Source: Ureaplasma sp. Hg1 (lineage in GTDB: Bacteria; Bacillota_I; Bacilli_A; Mycoplasmatales; Mycoplasmoidaceae). From it: a stretch of DNA of 64,000 nucleotides. The notes beneath the pieces are model-generated. The model had not been told where the DNA came from. It saw nothing but the letters and a program-made list of their open reading frames with translations, and did not search any database. Shown piece by piece: positions 45,519 through 60,450 of the stretch. Position numbers and translations under genes: made by a program. The stretch is taken from NCBI GenBank assembly GCA_021378535.1, contig JAACJV010000002.1:27876-91875 (forward strand), in the 5' to 3' direction. Positions within the stretch are counted from its first letter, which is position 1, and each line of letters begins with the position of its first letter.

Positions 45519-46181
45519 TTATATTCTGTATCCTTTGAATTTTAAAATTCTTTCCAAAGAAACATAATGAATGTAAGGATCTTCGCACCGAATCAAATAT
45601 TTTTGTTTTTTAGTACTAATAATTAACCCCAAATGGCTTAATTTATAGTCAACTAAATCACTAAATAAAAGGCTAAAAATTTCAAAATTTTCACTAAAAA
45701 TTAGACGTTCAGTACTTATGTAAAAATCAATATCACCAAGAAATAATTCCTCTTTACCGTTTATTATATGATAAATATTGGTATGTTCATAATGGTAGAA
45801 AACAGTTTCATTTTCACTTTTTTGAAAATCTATAATTAATGATTTTAAATTTCTTGTCTTAGCAAAAACAACACCTTCATAGTGATGTAGATAATTTAAT
45901 TCGCTATTATTTAAATAGTTTTTAATTTCTAATGATTCAATAATTTTATTTAAATTTTCAATATATGTTTTACTATAAAGTTCATTATTGTTTATTCATT
46001 GCAAAACTAGCTCAAACCGGTATCTCAAAAAATGCTTTTCATTATTAATTGAATGCAATTTATTAGTATTATATTTAGTTCATAATGCAAGTTTACTAAT
46101 ATTTAAAATTTTTGAAATATTATTTTTATAAATTTTATAAGCAAACTCATCACTAGATCTTGTAAATAATTTACGAACCAT
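45519..46181 (-). CDS. hypothetical protein, 220 aa
   Basis: AAAGGAG RBS is present. I checked every in-frame triplet from 46181 to 45519 and found only TGA codons before TAA 45521-45519, which abuts the uvrC ATG. Confidence 0.6.
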
Positions 46182-46269
46182 CTCAAACTCCTTTACATCC
46201 ATTATTAATCTTATTATATAGTAAAATTATTGAAAAAAATAAAAGCAAAATATAACTCATTACATTTTT

Positions 46270-46296
46270 TTAGCACTCTCTCTTGTTATTTGCTAA
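46270..46296 (+). promoter_or_regulatory. CIRCE-like HrcA operator upstream of dnaK
   Basis: TTAGCACTC-N9-ATTTGCTAA. The left arm is perfect and the right arm matches 6/9. Confidence 0.55.
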
Positions 46297-46300
46297 TTTT

Positions 46301-46310
46301 TGTGTATAAT
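46301..46310 (+). promoter_or_regulatory. extended -10 promoter element for dnaK
   Basis: TGTGTATAAT (TGn + TATAAT) lies ~46 nt upstream of the dnaK ATG, directly after the CIRCE-like element. Confidence 0.5.
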
Positions 46311-46322
46311 TATTATAATTGA

Positions 46323-48218
<1,896 letters not shown>

Positions 48219-48366
48219 TGAATAATTAGGAAATGGATATTTAAATAAAAATAACTTAGTTTTTAAACTAGGTCAATAAAAAAGACACCCTTGAAAGAGA
48301 GTGTTTTTTTAGCGAACTTATTAAATTAAAAATTTAGTACATTATATTATGAAATATTCTAATAGT

Positions 48367-49230
48367 TTATTCTTTTGCTTCAATGGCAATGGTAAAGGTT
48401 TGATCGCCACCGTGCGCAATGACACTATTTGGTAACTTACTGATCTTAATGTCATCTTTGCTATTTACAAATGCTTTAATATTTTCGATGCACAAAGCCT
48501 CTTGAGTTTTATCTTTTAAATCTGACATGACTTCAATACGTTTGATTCCTTTTGTCTGAAATGAATTTATTTTATTAATGCAAGTAAGAGATTTATTAAC
48601 AGTATTTTCGTAGGAATCGGACTTATCAAAATATTGTCATTTGCCGTCTTCTAATTTAATAATTAATTTTATTTTAAAAATTCTAATAAACAATGCTTTA
48701 ACACCACTAACACGCCCACTCTTAACCAATTGTTTAATATTTCTTATGATAATAGTGGCAGACACTCGTTTTTGATAATTCGCTGTATATTTATCTAGTT
48801 CCTGAAAGCTCTTCCCCTCGTCCAACATTTTACGTAAATCAATTAATAGTCATGTTAACGGAGCACCAATCTGTAGAGTGTTAATAATATGAATTTTATT
48901 ATATCCAAATTCTTCCTGAACTATTTTTAAAATATTATAAAAACCAGACATATTTTTACTAATAACAGCAAAAACTATTGCTTCGTAGCGCTGCAATAGT
49001 TTTTCTGTTTTGATAATAACATCATTAATAGATGGTTGTGCTGTTGAAACTTCATACCCATTATTCAGATACGTAAATATTTGATCACGAGTAATATTAA
49101 CTCCATCATCAAATGTTAAAATTTCATCATTTTTAGTTGCAATGATTTTAATTGGAGTTACAAAAATATCATTTATTTTGTAACCATTAAATATTCCCGA
49201 GGTATCGGTCATAATTGCTATTTTTTTCAT
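48367..49230 (-). CDS. DegV-family fatty-acid-binding protein
   Basis: MKKIAIMTDTSG...STAQPS... pattern. ORFs 48637 and 48850 are in frame with ATG 49230. I checked the in-frame triplets down to TAA 48369-48367. Confidence 0.8.
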
Positions 49231-49376
49231 TTTACACCTATTGTTTTATTCACTATAATACATATTATATACATTATATTTATAAAAGGGAATTAATGTT
49301 AAATTATTTTCATTATAAGCAAATACAATTATTTGTTATATTAGTCACGAGTTTATTGGCATAATTAGTAATAAAA

Positions 49377-50411
49377 CTATTTTTTAATTTTAATCGCATT
49401 TTCATTTAATAAAATAATATGTCTATATCATTTTCTAAAAAAATATTTAGGTGGATTATGATAACTATAAGAATCTCTATAAAATAAATAACGGAAATTA
49501 TTTCATAATTTATTAATTTGATTATGACTCGGCGTGCTTATAGTGCTGGCTTGACCAAAAGTTTTACGTAAATAATTTTTATGCATGCAGTGATAAATAT
49601 AATTATTTTTATATCAAGGTTCATAATTAATGGACAACAATTCTTCATCATTAGTGAAATGCGTTTTGATATACATTAAAAACATAACGCAAGTATAAAC
49701 AATTAAATAACAAACAACAGGAATCCACGGGAAGGGAATATTAAGGATGTTTGCCAAATCTGCATATTGAGCATAGTCGCCATACCAGTCCCCTTCAACA
49801 ATACCTGTGGCATTATTAGTGACTCCAAAGGAAATGACTATTATATAAACATAAGCAAAGAAGGCAATTGTTACAATATGAATTCCCATTCAACTTCATC
49901 GTGTATAAGTTCGAGAATTCAAAATAACAATAACGCTCATAATAATCATCCAATAATGCATAATAAAATATAGTTTATTTATCCCTTGTCCAAGGAAAAT
50001 AAAGTTGTATCAAGTAACTCCAGGATCTAATGTTGCACTTGCCATTCCGCCAAAAATAGTTACAAGTCCTCCAACTAACCCTAAGGGGGCTAGTACTTTA
50101 GCGATGTTTCTAGATTTATCAAAGATTAAACTGACTGGTATAAAAAAAGCCATAAAAGGACACATGTCAAGAAGGAAAGCCTTGCTTACGTGAACACTAT
50201 GCATGTAAGTTGTATCATGTGGATCCATATGGTTGTAATCATAAATATTACCTGATCAACGTCCAACAACAAAGTAAATTACTAACCCGATTGAGACAAT
50301 TAAATAAAAGTAGTAACTAGTGGTTACGACTTTTATATATTTATTAATCAAGCAAATAAAAATAATTGATAATGCAGTAAAAACCAACAAGATAATTCCT
50401 AATATAGTCAT
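49377..50411 (-). CDS. multi-pass integral membrane protein, 344 aa
   Basis: ATG is at 50411-50409. ORFs 50010 and 49614 share its frame. I checked all in-frame triplets to TAG 49379-49377 and found only TGA. Several hydrophobic helices precede a basic C-terminal tail. Confidence 0.7.
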
Positions 50412-50583
50412 AAAGTAATTATACTTGTTATTTTATAATATCTAATATAATTTCAGTTTGTTACCATTAAAAAATAAGGTTATGTGAATAATGTTTACAT
50501 AGTAGATATTTTTAAGGTAAAATTTAATGTTTGAAAAGTGATTATATTTATATACAATAAGAATATAACATTAAGGAGTATTT

Positions 50584-51429
50584 ATGCCATTTACAAAAAA
50601 ACCAGAAATAGATTTTAAAATTAGTGAAGGTAAAATCGTTTTATCAAAAGAATATATTTATGCAAATAGTAAGCGTTTTAAAAAAATAACTGGAAGTCGT
50701 TTTGCTTCAGTTTTAAATTTTAATAGTTTTAGCAGTCCTGTGAAAACTTGAGCTATGATGGTTGGTATTTATAAAGAAGACATGGATCCAATGTTAGCAA
50801 ATGCAGGTAATATTATTGAACCAAAAGTAAGAGAATATGTTGAATTGAAAACAAAAACAAAATATTTACAATATGATGTTTTTAAAATTAAATGAGATGT
50901 TTTTAAGGAAAATAAAATTTTTGGTGGAATTCCTGATGGCGAACCAATAAATGAAAATAAAGAGTTTTTGTATCCTGAAAAACCAATGTTGGAAATAAAA
51001 ACATCTTCAGTCGATAAATTCGTATATAAAAAAATAAGAAATCAATTTATTTTACAAAAAGATGGCAAAGGATATCCATTAGTAAAAACAAAGAATTTAA
51101 AGCATGACAGTTGATTTGATGTAGATAAAAATGTTAAAATACCTCCTGAATACGCATTTCAATTAGGTTTATATTGTTATTTGCGGGGAATTAATATTGG
51201 TATTTTTGCAATCGCTTTTCTTGAACGCGATGATTATGTTAAACCAATGAATTTTATTGCAGCAGAAAGGGAAATTCAAATCGTGGATTTTAATGTTGAT
51301 TTAAAGGAAATGCAAAAATGAATTGATTATGCAACAAATTGATACAATGAATACATTAAAAAGGGAATTAGTCCCAAAATGACAGATAGTGATTTAACAT
51401 GATATCAGACAGAATTAGAGAGTGAATAA
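50584..51429 (+). CDS. YqaJ/lambda-exonuclease-like PD-(D/E)xK nuclease, 281 aa
   Basis: AAGGAG RBS is present. I read the frame line by line and it contains seven TGA codons (six counted in an earlier pass), so it is absent from the track. Motifs are ITGSRFASVL..., GGIPDG and MLEIKTSS (D...ExK). Confidence 0.65.
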
Positions 51430-51430
51430 T

Positions 51431-52591
51431 ATGAAGCCAATTATTTATATTAAATATGGTGAATTAACATTAAAAGGGAAAAATCGTAATGAATTTTCCA
51501 AATGTCTATTAAGTAATATCAAATTAGCTTTTAATGGAATAGATATCAAAATCATTAAACAATATGATTCTATGCAACTTTGTGATTTTCTAAACGAAGA
51601 CTTAGACAAGATTATCAAAATTCTTACTAGAATTCCTGGAATCGCTAATTTTAGTGTGGCGTATGAAACTGATTTAGAATTAAGTAATATTATTGAGTGT
51701 GCCCATCAATTTGTTTCTAATGATTATCGTACTTTTAAGATAGAGGCCAGAAGAAGTAATAAAAATTATGAACTTAATTCATTAGAAATAAAACAAAAAA
51801 TTGCAGGTCATATTCTTCAAAATAACCAAGATATAAAGGTTGATGTTCACAAACCTGAATTAACGATATACATTGAAATAAAGCATAAAAATGCAATCGT
51901 TCATGGAAATAAAATTACTGGTTTTGGAGGCCTACCAATTGGTTCAAGTGGCAAGGTGTTACTACTTTTAAGTGGTGGCATTGATTCACCCGTTGCAGCT
52001 AGTTTATTAATGAAACGAGGTATCGAAATAGAATTTATTACATTTGTTTCGCCCCCTCACACTTCTCCAGAAGCATTGCAGAAAGTAAGAGATCTTGTTA
52101 AATTAATAACTCTAGACGGTAAATTGCAAAAACCCGTTTTATACGTTTGCAATTTTACCAAATTGCAGCATGAAATAACACATATTCAAAAAGAAAGTTA
52201 TCGTATCACAATTATGCGCCGCTATTTTTTTAGGATTGCTAAAGAAATAGCGATACAAAATAATTGTCTTGCAATTGCTACGGGCGAAGCTATTGGACAA
52301 GTAGCAAGTCAAACCTTGCAAAGTATGGATACTATAAGTAATGTATTAGATAATTTTCTAATTTTACGACCTTTAGTTGCTTTGGATAAAAGCGAAATTA
52401 TTAATTTAGCTAAAAAAATTGATACTTATGAAACTTCAATTTTGCCATATGATGATTCATGTGCATTATTTGCGCCTAAAGCACCTGCTACAAAGCCAAA
52501 GATTGAGACCGCTAAATGAATAGAAAAACAATTAGAACTTATTGAAGATATCTATAATTCAACATTAAATAATAGTATAATAAAAGAGTAA
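51431..52591 (+). CDS. thiI: tRNA 4-thiouridine(8) synthase ThiI
   Basis: IKYGELTLKGKNR (ferredoxin-like/THUMP N-terminus) and the LLLLSGGIDSPVA PP-loop. TGA occurs at 52517, then TAA at 52589-52591. Confidence 0.9.
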
Positions 52592-52613
52592 CAAATATAT
52601 AGGATAAATTATC

Positions 52614-53585
52614 ATGACTGAAATTAAAGAAATGAACCGCGAAATTTTAAATAAAATAAAACAACATGATAAAGTGAGCCTATTTGTACACGAACGTCCT
52701 GATTTTGACGCTCTAGGTTCAGCATATGCTATGCAAGAATTTATTAAATATAATTGACCAAATAAACAAGTGCATATTATTGGCACTAATCTTTTACATC
52801 CAGATCAAGGAGCAATATTTTTTAAATTTGATATTGACCCTACCCCCGATAGTTATATTGCAGATTCCTTAGGGATTATATTAGACACTGCAAATGCAGC
52901 AAGAATTATGACAGGGAAACATAAATTATGTCGCCAATTAATGCGGATTGATCATCATCCTAAAACCGAAGCAATTTGTAATTTCGAATGAGTCGATGAT
53001 CGTTATCCTGCAACAGCAGAAATGGTTGCTACAATTTTCTTAGAAAATGATTATACTATTACACCGATGGTTGCTAAATATATTTATGCAGGCATATTAA
53101 CTGATACGGATCGTTTTTTAACTACTAATGTATTACCATCAACAATGCGATTAGTTGCTATTTTGTATGAAAGTGGGTTCGATCGCAAAGAAGTACATGA
53201 TGCTATTTATGTACGAAGCATTAAAGAGGCCTATCTAGATGGTTATGTTTTAAAAAATACAGAGGTTACAAAAAATGGTGTGGCCTATGCTATGATCCCA
53301 AAAGGATTAAACGAAAAGTTTGACATTTGTGTACCTCATGTTAAAGTTCACTTGTTAAGTAATATTGAAAATGTTGATATTTGAACTACAGCTTATTACG
53401 ACGGAATAAGTAAGGAGTGAAAGGGTTCAGTTAGAAGTAATAAATACCCAATAAACAAAATTATCGAAATGTTTAATGGTGGAGGACACCGTTTATCAGC
53501 CGGCTTTACATTACAACATCCTAAGGAATTTAAGAAGATAGTTCAAACTTTAGATAAATATTTAGAGGAATGTAAAAAATTATAG
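52614..53585 (+). CDS. nrnA: DHH/DHHA1-family phosphoesterase (NrnA-like oligoribonuclease / pAp phosphatase)
   Basis: HERPDFDALGS, LDTAN, IDHHP, GILTDTDRF and GGGHRLSAGF motifs. ORFs 52770 and 53022 are in frame with ATG 52614. Confidence 0.85.
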
Positions 53586-53673
53586 TGGCAAAATATGCAA
53601 AAAATCGCAATAATTATTTTAAAGTAGGATAAAATATAATATAGATTAAATTTAACAAAAGGGTGTATAAAAT

Positions 53674-53904
53674 ATGAATAAATCAAAAACATTAAAGTTT
53701 TCACTAGACGAAGACCACAAAAGTTTTGAAAAAACAAAAGTAGAACAAACAAAAGTTATCGATTTAGAATCATTAAATATTGATAATAAAGAAAATTTAG
53801 ATTTACTAACAACCGAACAATTAGAATATCGTTTAGAGTTTGAAGAAAAAGATTCTAAAATTATAGCAGAAATTAAAAAAATTCTTATTAGTCGTAATAA
53901 ATAA
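53674..53904 (+). CDS. hypothetical acidic protein, 76 aa
   Basis: Uninterrupted ORF with an AAGGG RBS-like sequence, directly upstream of dnaE. Confidence 0.45.
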   Translation: MNKSKTLKFSLDEDHKSFEKTKVEQTKVIDLESLNIDNKENLDLLTTEQLEYRLEFEEKDSKIIAEIKKILISRNK

Positions 53905-53911
53905 TAACGCG

Positions 53912-56842
53912 ATGTATATTAACCTTAATGTCCACTCTTATTATTCTTTGCAAAAATCTACCTTAAGTATTGATGACATTATTAAGTATGCAAGTGATCA
54001 TAAACAACAATATGTTTGTCTAACGGATGAAAAAAATTTGTATGGAGCAATTGAGTTTTACAACAAAGCAATTAAGGCAAACCTTAAACCTATTATTGGT
54101 TTAGAGATTAATTATCAAGATAATGTACTAGTTTTAATTGCTAAAAACCACAAAGGTTTTCAAAATTTACTTAAAATATCAACCCATATAATGAAACAAG
54201 AAAAATTTGTTATTCAAGATTTAATGAACGACATTTTTACTATTAGAAAAAGTGGAACAATTATCTTTGAAAAAAATTTTTTCACAACTGAGCTTGGTGA
54301 AAAAAATACAATAGCAATGCCGTCAGTTAGATATTATGTACCATCTGATTATAAATATTACAGAGCTTTGCAAGCTATTAAAAATGATAAAAAATTATCT
54401 TTTGAAACCAATAATAAAACGGCTGACACTACTGAATATTTCATGACCGCCGATGAAATTTCAAAGAAGTATAATGAGAATGATATTACTAATGTAAATA
54501 ATATTATTAATTCATGTGAATGAAAAATGCCTGAATTTAAAAATGATATTTTACACTTCCCGACGCCTAAAAATTTAGCTAGTCGTCCGTATTTAGAAAG
54601 TCTATGCAAAGCAGGTGTTAAATACCGCTTTACAGGAAAAACTAATATTTACGATAATGATTCTAATTCACTTGATTTAGAATATGCTGAAAGACTAAAA
54701 TTTGAACTAAATACAATTAATAATATGGGATATAATGATTATTTTCTAATTGTCCACGAATTTATTGATTATGGTAAAAAGCAAGGTATTATGTTTGGAC
54801 CAGGGCGTGGTTCTGCAGCCGGTTCACTTGTTGCTTACCTTCTAGGCATAACAGATATCGACCCAATCAGATACAATTTATTCTTTGAACGTTTTCTAAA
54901 TCCAGAAAGAACGAGTTTACCAGATATTGATACAGATATTTTAGATACTAGACGTGATGAAATTATCAATCATTTGTTTGAAAAATATGGGAACGATCAT
55001 GTTGCACATATTATTACTTTTCAAAGAATGAAAGCAAAAATGGCGTTGCGTGATGTTGCTCGCATTCTTGATATTAAATTACCAATAATTGATCGTATTG
55101 CAAAATCAATAAAATCAGAATATGACAAAGACATTATGGAAGCTATTAAACAATCAAAAAGTTTACAAAATGATTATAAAAGTTATCCAGATTTATTTGA
55201 TATAGCTCAAAAATTAATTAATAGTCCACGACAAGTGGGAACACATGCAGCGGGTATTGTTTTAAGTCAAGATAATTTAATTAATGTAGTCCCATTGCAA
55301 AACGGTCTTAATGGTTGATCTATGACACAATTTTCGATGGAATATCTTGAACCATTAGGTTTAATTAAAATGGACTTATTGGGTTTAAGAAACCTTTCGA
55401 CGATTGATAATGTTATTAAAATGGTGAAAAAAACTCGTAATGAAATTATTGATATTTATAATATAGATTTAGAAGAAAAAGCAATTTTTAATAATTTAAC
55501 AGCGGGCCAAACAGCTGGAATTTTTCAACTTGAATCACCAGGTATGAAAAACCTAATAATGCGTATGAAGCCTAAAAATATTGAAGATATTTCTATTACT
55601 TCATCTTTATTTAGACCCGGTCCACAACAAAATATTCCTACTTTCTTGGCGCGAAGAAATGGCGAAGAAAAAATTTCGTATGTTCATCCTGATCTTAAAC
55701 CTATACTGCAATCGACTAATGGAATTATAGTTTATCAAGAACAAGTTCTACAAATTGTTCAGACTGTAGCAAATTTTAGTTTAGCAAAAGCAGATATTTT
55801 TCGTAGAGCAATTTCAAAAAAAAATGAAGCAATGATGGCATCACTTAAAGATGAATTTATTAACGGTGCCACTAAAAATAAATATTCTTTAGATGTTGCA
55901 CAACAAATTTATAAATATATTTATGAATTTGCTAATTATGGATTTAATCATTCGCACTCAATTGCTTATTCCTATATTAGTTATTGGATGGCTTATTTAA
56001 AATCGCATTACCCAATTGAATTTATTACAACATTATTGTCTACAGATAACAGTCGGGTTAAATTATTAATGTATATGAGTGAAGCGAAAAAATTCAATGT
56101 TGCAATTATTGGCCCATCAATTAATGATTCCTACGGAGGCTTCAGTATTAAAAAGGGAAAAATTGTTTTCGGATTTGCTGCTATTAAGGGAATAGGTAAT
56201 GAAGCAATAAAAAAATTGTTATTAATTCGAAATAGTATTGAAAATAAAAAATTCAAGGATTATTTGGAAGCTATTGCATATTTGTATCGAGGTGGTGTGA
56301 CTAAAGCATATCTTGAAAAACTTATAAAGGTTGGTAGTTTTGATTGTTTTAATGAAAAACGTGAATTTTTATTACATAATTTAGATGAAATTATTAGCAA
56401 GGGAGGTATTATGGATATATCTGGAAGCCCTATTTTTGATATGAAATTAGATAATCATTATGAAAAAGAAGATGAACAATATTGGTACGACCAAGAAATT
56501 CAACTAATGGGAGTAAGTTTTCAAAGTAATAATTTTGAAAAATATATCGTTCAAGTTAAGAATGACTTTAAGATAAGAGCACTTATAGATATCAACGGTG
56601 AAACTGAGGGGAAAGTTTTAGTTTTAATTAAACAAATTAAAAAAATGAAGACAAAGCAAGATAAGGATATGGCCATTATTAATGTAGAAGATATTAGTGG
56701 AATCCACAAACTAATGGTTTTTTATAAATCTTTTGATAATATTATAAATAATTTGAAAGAAAATAAATACTACATTTTAAGTGTTAAGCTTGGTTGAGAT
56801 AAAAAATCTTTTGTGATTAATAAAATAGATAGGGAGATCTAA
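53912..56842 (+). CDS. dnaE: DNA polymerase III alpha subunit (DnaE-type), 976 aa
   Basis: The PHP N-terminus is INLNVHSYYSL. Other motifs are GPGRGSAAGSLVAYLLGIT, LPDIDTD and HAAGIV. ORFs 53912, 54527 and 55322 are in one frame. TAA stop is at 56840-56842. Confidence 0.92.
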
Positions 56843-57745
56843 ATGAAAAAAGCAGTAGTAATCGATGGTAACTCATTAACATATCGAGCTTTTTATGCAA
56901 CGTATAAGCAGGCTGAATATGCAATTGAGCATGACATAATACCCAATAACGCAATTAGGTTAATGGCTTTAATGTGTTTTAAAATAATTGAAAATAAGAA
57001 TTATGATTATGCACTAGTGGCTTTTGATAGCGTTGAAAAAACATTTCGTGCCAAACAATATGCACAATACAAAGCAGGCCGTAAAAAAATGCCAGATGCT
57101 TTAGTCCAACAATTACCAGTAATTAAAAAAGTTCTAGGTTATATGGGATTTCACATTATAGCAATCCCTGAAATTGAAGCTGATGATATTATTGGTTCAT
57201 TTTGTAAAGTTATGTTTAATGAGAACATCTTTACAGATGTTTTTTCTTCTGATCAGGATATGCTTCAATTGGTGAATAAGATAACAAATGTAAATATTTT
57301 AAAAACAGGAGTATCAGATATTAAAGTTTATACAGATGATAACTTTCTTGAATTATATGATGGCTTACGTCCTAACCAAGTAATTGATTATAAGGGAATT
57401 GTCGGTGATAGTTCAGATAATTTACCCGGTGTAAAAGGCATAGGTAAAAAAACAGGTTTAAAATTAATTTTAAAATATGATAATTTAGAAAATATTATTA
57501 AACATAAAAGTGACTTATCAGATAATTTGAGAAATAAAATTGAACTAGCTAATGATGAACCATATTTATGTAAGGAATTAGCTACAATTAAAATTAATGT
57601 CTTGGATAATTCTAGTAGCAAAGACTATCTTTTTATACGGCCAAACTATAGTGCTTTAAGAGAAATTTTTATGGAATACAATATAAATAATTTGGGGAAA
57701 TATTTAGAACCTGAGCAACCAACACTTTTTGATGGTGAAAATTAA
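56843..57745 (+). CDS. 5'-3' exonuclease (stand-alone Pol I N-terminal / FEN domain)
   Basis: VIDGNSLTYRAF, AFDS...FR...YKAGR, EADD and GDSSDNLPGVKGIGKKT (H3TH) motifs. The start abuts the dnaE stop. Confidence 0.9.
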   Translation: MKKAVVIDGNSLTYRAFYATYKQAEYAIEHDIIPNNAIRLMALMCFKIIENKNYDYALVAFDSVEKTFRAKQYAQYKAGRKKMPDALVQQLPVIKKVLGYMGFHIIAIPEIEADDIIGSFCKVMFNENIFTDVFSSDQDMLQLVNKITNVNILKTGVSDIKVYTDDNFLELYDGLRPNQVIDYKGIVGDSSDNLPGVKGIGKKTGLKLILKYDNLENIIKHKSDLSDNLRNKIELANDEPYLCKELATIKINVLDNSSSKDYLFIRPNYSALREIFMEYNINNLGKYLEPEQPTLFDGEN

Positions 57746-58578
57746 TGCCAGAACTACCAGAAGTACAAACTGTTATAAACTACTTAAACACTAAAGTTTT
57801 AAATAAAAAAATCACTCGTGTCAAAGTTTTTAAATCAAAAATGATTAAAAATTGTAGTGTTAATGATTTTGTCTTTTTTTTAGAAGGTGAAATCTTTGAA
57901 AGGATTGAAAGAGTAGGTAAGTATTTGATCTTTCATTTAACCCATCATAAAATTCTATGCGCCCATTTAAGAATGGAGGGTAAATTTCATTATCAGAAAA
58001 ATGATGAATCATATGATAAAAAGCATGTTCACATGATAATTGATTTCGGGGATTATCAATTACGTTATCACGATACACGTCAATTTGGAACTTTTCATAT
58101 TTTTAATGAAGAAAATTATATGGAATCAAAAATTCTACAAAAGCTTGCATTTGACCCTTTAAATTCAAAGTGTGATGGTAAATACATCAAAAGTCAAATC
58201 GGAAGTGTTAATCGAGCTATAAAGACAGCTATTCTAGATCAAACAAAAATATCCGGTATAGGTAATATTTATGCTGATGAAATTCTTTTTGCATGTAAAT
58301 TATATCCGATGGCAATTGCTGCAAATTGTAAGCCTAGAGATTTCGATTGCATTGCAATTGAAGCGGAGCGTATTTTACGAGCTTCCATTGCAAAAAACGG
58401 TACCACTATTAATTCATTTCATTTTAGTAAATGACAAATTGGGTCGTTTCAGGAGTTTTTAGAAGTCCATAAAAGAGTAAATTTACCTTGTAAAGTTTGT
58501 GGCACAGAAATCGTTAAAACAAAAGTAAATGGGCGCGGCACATATTATTGTCCTAAATGTCAGAAACGGGGGAAATAA
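57745..58578 (+). CDS. mutM: formamidopyrimidine-DNA glycosylase
   Basis: It has the MPELPEV N-terminus and a C-terminal zinc finger CKVCGTEI...YYCPKCQ. TAATG overlaps the upstream gene. One TGA occurs at 58432. Confidence 0.9.
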
Positions 58579-58580
58579 CA

Positions 58581-59165
58581 ATGATAATTTGTGTTACAGG
58601 TGTATCTGGCGCAGGGAAGTCAACTGCTTTAAAGATTATTAAGGATGAAGGTTTAGAAACATTTGAAATGGATAGATATATTCATGATATTTATAATTTC
58701 AATGAAATTGGCTACAATCTTATTAAAAAAACATTTGGAGTGCAATATGTTAATGAAATAAGCGTAGATCGTAAAAAATTAGGTAGGTTAGTCTTTAATA
58801 ATGAGAAAGATTTATTATTATTAAACAATGTAATCCAACCCTTAATAATTAGTAAAATAGAAAAATTAGCAAAAAACAAGCTAATTTTTGTCGAATTAGC
58901 AATCTATTTGAACTATTTGGATGTTTTTAAACCATATTTTGATGAAGTCATACTAATTTGTGCTGAGCAATCTTTAATAACTAAAAATAATAAGAAAAAA
59001 TTTGGACATGTTGGAAAGTTTCCCACAATCAATGTGGAAAACAGCATTAATCCTATAAAAACCCCATATATTGATACAAAACTAATTGTGAATAACACAG
59101 GAACATTGGAACAATTTAAGATTAATCTAAAAAAGATATTAGAAAATATTAATAAATCCATTTAA
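58581..59165 (+). CDS. coaE: dephospho-CoA kinase
   Basis: MIICVTGVSGAGKST P-loop at the N-terminus. GGGGGAA RBS precedes ATG 58581; the track start at 58557 overlaps mutM and is probably too early. Confidence 0.8.
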   Translation: MIICVTGVSGAGKSTALKIIKDEGLETFEMDRYIHDIYNFNEIGYNLIKKTFGVQYVNEISVDRKKLGRLVFNNEKDLLLLNNVIQPLIISKIEKLAKNKLIFVELAIYLNYLDVFKPYFDEVILICAEQSLITKNNKKKFGHVGKFPTINVENSINPIKTPYIDTKLIVNNTGTLEQFKINLKKILENINKSI

Positions 59166-59236
59166 ACTATATTTGTAACAAGCGAGTAATTATTGAATTA
59201 ATTGCGCTTGAATTAAATTGCGTAAGGAGTGTTAAA

Positions 59237-60439
59237 ATGTCTTATTATAAAAATCAGAAATATACTATTTCAACTAACTATGATTTTAATCCTAACATGG
59301 CAAGTTTGACGATGCTTTACACACCAATTATTGGTGCTAATGCTATTACGCTATATTCTTTTTTTGTGAGTGAAGCTAGACTTCAAAGCGAGCTACGCGG
59401 CATTTCATCAAATCATAGTAGAATTTTTGTGCAACTTCAAACTGGGCATAAAGAATTTAATGAAGTTAAAAAGAAACTTGAAGCGATAGGTTTAATGGAA
59501 ACTTATATGGAAGAAACAAATAATGAAGTTAAATATATTTATGTTTTAAAGGAGCCTCAAAATTGAATTAATTTTACAACTAATGCAAAATTAAAACACT
59601 TGTTATCTGAGCGCATTGGGCAGAAGGAGTTCGATCGTCTAACATACACTTTTATGGATAAACGAATTCCAAAAACAGCCTTAAATATTACAATGCCATT
59701 TGATAAATTTTTTAATGATGATTCTATTAATGAAATAAATGTATTTGATTTTGATCGATTATATAATGATTTAATTAAACATACTAAATCAATTGTTTCT
59801 ATTAAAGACGATGTTAAAGCCCTAATTGAAACTTACTTTAAAACATATCAATTAACATTTAATGAAATTCTTAATTGTTGTTTCCAATCAGTTGAACAAA
59901 ATAAGTCTGGCTATATGGTTAACATTTTTTTATTGAACAATAAACTGAAGTTACTTATTGACTCTTCTAGCGTTATCGGGATTAAAGATACTATTAAAAT
60001 TAATCGTAATGCAATGATCTTTTTTAGTAATTCTAAAATTGATAACATTCATTACATTATAAGTGATTACAAAAATATTAATAGTGAGCAATATCTTAGC
60101 TTGATACAAAAACTTTCACTTTCAGAAGAGGATCGTAAATTTATAGCTCAACTTAAGAAATCATATAAATTACCTGATTGTTTAATTAATGTTTTAATTG
60201 ACTATAGTATTATGAAGAACAAAGGGCGTTTGGAATTAAATTATATTAAACGAATTGCTTTAAGTGTTAATCGTTTGGGAATTGACAATGTGGAATCAAT
60301 AATTAATTACTTACGTGCCGCTAACAATAAGCAAAATTTAAAATTAGTTTCTGAACCTATAAAACCAATTCAAAAACCAATTCAAATAAATAGCAAAGCA
60401 AAAAACATTAATGCTAGCAATACAATTGAATGAGATTAG
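59237..60439 (+). CDS. replication initiation / helicase-loading protein of the Firmicute DnaB/DnaD type
   Basis: The N-terminus LTMLYTPIIGANAITLYSFF resembles the B. subtilis DnaB N-terminal region. It lies immediately upstream of dnaI. ORFs 59237 and 59600 are in one frame. TAG stop is at 60437-60439. Confidence 0.65.
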
Positions 60440-60450
60440 CGAGGTACAAA

